Below the pieces are notes generated by a model that had not been told where the DNA came from, made no database searches, and was given only the letters and a program-made list of their open reading frames with translations. From NCBI GenBank assembly GCA_007120095.1, contig SKOM01000179.1, positions 1 through 32,000 on the forward strand: a stretch of 32,000 nt of DNA. The letters are read 5' to 3'. Of the stretch, positions 29,071 through 32,000 are shown piece by piece. The number at the start of each line of letters is the position of its first letter. Position 1 is the stretch's first letter. The DNA is from Candidatus Competibacteraceae bacterium. Its GTDB lineage: Bacteria > Pseudomonadota > Gammaproteobacteria > Competibacterales > Competibacteraceae. A program made the position numbers and the translations under genes.

Positions 29071-30432
29071 TCACTGTGCCTGCGTCGGTAACCATAACAC
29101 CAGGTTCGGAAACGCCACAATAATCGCCAGCATCAGCAATTGCAGACTGATAAACGGCACGATGCCACGATAAATATGCCAAGTGCTGATGCTCGGTGGA
29201 GCCGCCCCGCGCAGATAAAACAGGGCAAATCCAAACGGTGGGGTTAAAAATGAGGCTTGCAGATTCATGGCGATCAGCACCCCGAACCAGATTGGATCAT
29301 AGCCAAATAAAATTGCGACCGGGGTGACCAGTGGCACGACAATGAAGGTGATCTCGATAAAATCAAGGAAAAAACCCAACAGGAAAATCGTCAGCATCAC
29401 AAAGAATAAAAATCCCCACTGACCGCCGGGCAAGCCTTCCAGAAAACCTTTAACCAGCCAGGTGCCATCCAAAGCACTAAAGACCATGGCAAACGCAGTG
29501 GCTCCGACCAAAATCATAAACACCATGCTGGTGAGTCGTACCGTGGTATCGGTGACTGCTGAGAGATTTTTCCATGTCAGGCGGCCATTGACCAAGGCCA
29601 GCAGGCTGGCACCGAATGCCCCCATAGCACCGGCTTCGGTGGGCGAGGCCAGACCAAAAAAAATACTGCCTAGCACGACGGCAACCAGCAACAGTGGAGG
29701 GAGCAGGCTTTTCAGCACGGCCAGTGCCAGATTATGCACTTCGAAATCGTCAGAATCCTTGGGCATTGCGGGGGCTACATCACGCTTGACCAAGGCGTAA
29801 ATAGCGATATAGGTGATATACAAACTACTGAGCACCAGACCGGGAATAAACGCCCCAAGGAATAAATCGCCGACATTCACTCCCATCTGATCGCCCAGGA
29901 TAATCAGCACAATACTCGGTGGGATAATTTGCCCGAGTGTGCCGCTGGCGGCAATGGTGCCGGCAGCCAGAGAGCGGTCATACTGGTATTTCAGCATTAC
30001 GGGCAGTGCGAGAATCGCCATAGTCACCACAGACGCACCGACCACACCGGTCGAGGCCGCGAGCAGGGCACCGACGGCCACTACAGAAATCGCCAGCCCG
30101 CCGCGCATCCGCCCAAATAAGCGCCCCATGGTTTTGAGCAGATCTTCGGCTAAGCCCGAGGTTTGCAGCATAACGCCCATGAATACGAAAAACGGCACAG
30201 CAACCAGGGTGTAATTGTCCATGACCGAGCCGAAAATCCGCCCCGGCAGGGCAGTGAGGCGCACAAAACGAAACATAGGATCCCACGGCAGGGATAGCCC
30301 CAAATTGGGTAGGAAATCGCTACCAATCAGGGTAAACAGCACCGCTGTCGCCCCCAGGCTGAAGGCAACCGGGTAACCGGAAAGCATAAACAGCAGCAGG
30401 CAGACGAACATCCATAAAGCGATATAGTCCAT
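29071..30432 (-). CDS. dctM: TRAP transporter large permease subunit (DctM family)
   Basis: 453 aa, roughly 12 TM segments. GTLGQIIPPSI and GASLLA are typical DctM blocks. It starts 15 nt downstream of dctQ. Confidence 0.9.
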   Translation of the reverse strand: MDYIALWMFVCLLLFMLSGYPVAFSLGATAVLFTLIGSDFLPNLGLSLPWDPMFRFVRLTALPGRIFGSVMDNYTLVAVPFFVFMGVMLQTSGLAEDLLKTMGRLFGRMRGGLAISVVAVGALLAASTGVVGASVVTMAILALPVMLKYQYDRSLAAGTIAASGTLGQIIPPSIVLIILGDQMGVNVGDLFLGAFIPGLVLSSLYITYIAIYALVKRDVAPAMPKDSDDFEVHNLALAVLKSLLPPLLLVAVVLGSIFFGLASPTEAGAMGAFGASLLALVNGRLTWKNLSAVTDTTVRLTSMVFMILVGATAFAMVFSALDGTWLVKGFLEGLPGGQWGFLFFVMLTIFLLGFFLDFIEITFIVVPLVTPVAILFGYDPIWFGVLIAMNLQASFLTPPFGFALFYLRGAAPPSISTWHIYRGIVPFISLQLLMLAIIVAFPNLVLWLPTQAQ

Positions 30433-30447
30433 GAGCGAGTAGTCTAC

Positions 30448-31032
30448 TTAGCGGTGAGAGTTGTAGTCCGGGGCACCGACTGTGCCGCGCAGCCAGGCGA
30501 TACGTTTGATGATCTCGCTGATTCCTTGCAGCATCAGCATAAAGAACGCAAAAGGTATCATCGTCTTGATGGGGTAGCGCGGCAGGCCGTCGGGTTGGGG
30601 GCTTTGCTCCATGCGTTCAACATCCGGCCAGCCACGGGGAAAATCGATCCACGCCCAGGAGCGCAGGGCATAGTCCCAGGATAACCACACGATCAGAGCA
30701 CAAAATGGGATTAAAAACAGCGCTGCACCGGCAATATCGACCCAGGCTTTGGTTGTGGGTTTGAGGCTGGAATAGATGATGTCTACGCGGATATGGGCAT
30801 CCTGGCGCAATACATAGGCCGCGCCGAGCAGGAAAATCAGGTTATAAGCGTAGGTTTGCCCTTCAAGCAGCATATTGCTGCTTAACTGCATGCCCAGTCT
30901 GGCACCCAGGTAGCGCCCAATCACATTGACGACGCCTAGCACGATGAGCAATACGACGAAGAATCCCATGGAGCGGCCAATAAAGTGGTTAATGGCGTCG
31001 ATGGTGCGGGATACGCGTAACAAGAGGGGCAT
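30448..31032 (-). CDS. dctQ: TRAP transporter small permease subunit (DctQ family)
   Basis: 194 aa with 4 TM segments. The HIRVDI motif and the position directly upstream of dctM support the call. Confidence 0.85.
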   Translation of the reverse strand: MPLLLRVSRTIDAINHFIGRSMGFFVVLLIVLGVVNVIGRYLGARLGMQLSSNMLLEGQTYAYNLIFLLGAAYVLRQDAHIRVDIIYSSLKPTTKAWVDIAGAALFLIPFCALIVWLSWDYALRSWAWIDFPRGWPDVERMEQSPQPDGLPRYPIKTMIPFAFFMLMLQGISEIIKRIAWLRGTVGAPDYNSHR

Positions 31033-31068
31033 ACGTGAATTGATTGATGGATAATGCTAGGGACTCTA

Positions 31069-31088
31069 ACCCGCAGGTGACTGCGGGT
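31069..31088 (-). other. Intercistronic stem-loop between the VWA gene and dctQ
   Basis: ACCCGCAG (31069-31076), a 4-nt loop, then CTGCGGGT (31081-31088): a perfect 8 bp. No U-run follows on the transcribed (minus) strand. Confidence 0.4.
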
Positions 31089-31107
31089 CAAGCAATCCGT
31101 TATGTGG

Positions 31108-32000
31108 TTAGCGGACGGTTAATGGATGGCGGGCCAGGGTGCGTTGAGTCATACCATCGACATAGCGTAATTCAAACTGGCCTGCTTCGGCAGGAGCTTG
31201 GAAAGTCAGCGGATTGCCCTCACGGGTGTAGATATAATAGCCGTAGTCGCTTTCCGGCGCGTCCTCATGGACGAGGGTCACGTAATCCCACTGGCCGCTG
31301 GTGCCCGACCAGTTCACCCGAAATGATTGACCTGCGTTCAGATATTCTGGCGCATCAATTCGTGCGGGTGAGATGCTCCTGGTTTCTAAACGACTGCGTG
31401 TGGTGGTGATAAGTTCCGGGGTTCGTAGGCTGCCCCTTGGAGTAGCGCCGCCGTTCATGACCAGGGTGGGCGTTGTGGTGCTTAACGCAGCAAACAGTAC
31501 CTGACCCGTGGCAAAGTCCAGGTCGGTAAGATTACGGATATGATGCAACTCGCCATTGCTGGCTTCAGCGATACAGCGCAGTTCGGATTCGGCGGCCTCA
31601 TCCAAACGCAGTCCGATAATATGAGTCGAGAAATTCAGCCCGCGGTTAACTGCTGAGCGCACCAGGGCGCAGGTGTCTCCGCCGCAACTGTCAATGCCAT
31701 CAACCACTAACAGCAGAGTGGTGGGTTGATTGCGGTTGCGGATCTCCATCAGTGCGGTACGCACAGCGGCGGTCAGTGATGATTGCCCTGAGGCGTTAAG
31801 CTGCCATAATGTTTTTTCCAGAGTGTCGCGGGAGTGGGCGCGTAATGGCAGTAGGGTTTTGACCTGATCGCAGCGCCGCACGGTTTGGCCGTAGACAACA
31901 GTGCCGATCCGACGGGATTCCGGTAAATGAGTGGCTAAGCGCGTTACCACATCGGTGGCGATGTGCAGTTTGAATACCCCATTGATACGGCCTCCCATAC
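31108..32000 (-). CDS. von Willebrand factor type A (VWA) domain protein (N-terminus lies beyond the window)
   Basis: The VWA core reads LLLVVDGIDSCGGD...IIGL. The C-terminal beta-rich module FRVNWSGTSGQWDYVTLV...AGQFELRYV is one I recall as a repeat in bacterial VWA proteins. Confidence 0.75.
   Translation of the reverse strand, partial: MGGRINGVFKLHIATDVVTRLATHLPESRRIGTVVYGQTVRRCDQVKTLLPLRAHSRDTLEKTLWQLNASGQSSLTAAVRTALMEIRNRNQPTTLLLVVDGIDSCGGDTCALVRSAVNRGLNFSTHIIGLRLDEAAESELRCIAEASNGELHHIRNLTDLDFATGQVLFAALSTTTPTLVMNGGATPRGSLRTPELITTTRSRLETRSISPARIDAPEYLNAGQSFRVNWSGTSGQWDYVTLVHEDAPESDYGYYIYTREGNPLTFQAPAEAGQFELRYVDGMTQRTLARHPLTVR

Overview
This window looks like a chromosomal segment of a Gammaproteobacterium, and it is mostly core metabolism and housekeeping genes. 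That assignment is inferred from gene order: clpS-clpA / infA-bpt-aat ... ftsK-lolA-serS matches the order I remember from E. coli and Pseudomonas. I called 28 protein-coding features. One is an interrupted gene and one is a speculative 46-aa ORF. From left to right they are:
- an ArsJ-type arsenate resistance pair (GAPDH plus MFS exporter);
- an orphan fused TRAP permease;
- an AT-rich membrane protein that has a HAMP domain but no output domain;
- a tightly coupled propionate/methylmalonyl-CoA operon (mcm-pccB-pccA-meaB), followed by tspO;
- a roughly 2.1 kb, compositionally mosaic islet with two minus-strand enzyme genes (carbon-nitrogen hydrolase and SDR);
- ampD, sppA and aceA;
- the N-degron block clpS-clpA, infA, bpt, aat and a FemAB-like DUF482 gene;
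- ftsK, lolA and serS;
- a minus-strand locus of VWA protein, dctQ, dctM and an acetylpolyamine-amidohydrolase-like deacetylase.

I found no rRNA, tRNA, CRISPR array, transposase, integrase or recognisable defence system.

The observations most worth a second look are:
1. A DUF482/FemAB-like gene is translationally coupled (ATGA overlap) to the two aminoacyl-tRNA-protein transferases aat and bpt. It sits in the variable slot of an otherwise deeply conserved gene block, which makes it a candidate additional component of the N-degron pathway.
2. An in-frame TAG replaces the invariant Walker-A serine of the MCM chaperone MeaB, in an otherwise intact operon.
3. The islet between tspO and ampD is flanked and punctuated by two-tier imperfect hairpins that resemble integron attC sites, although no integrase is in the window.

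All family assignments come from motif recognition by eye. No database search was run.
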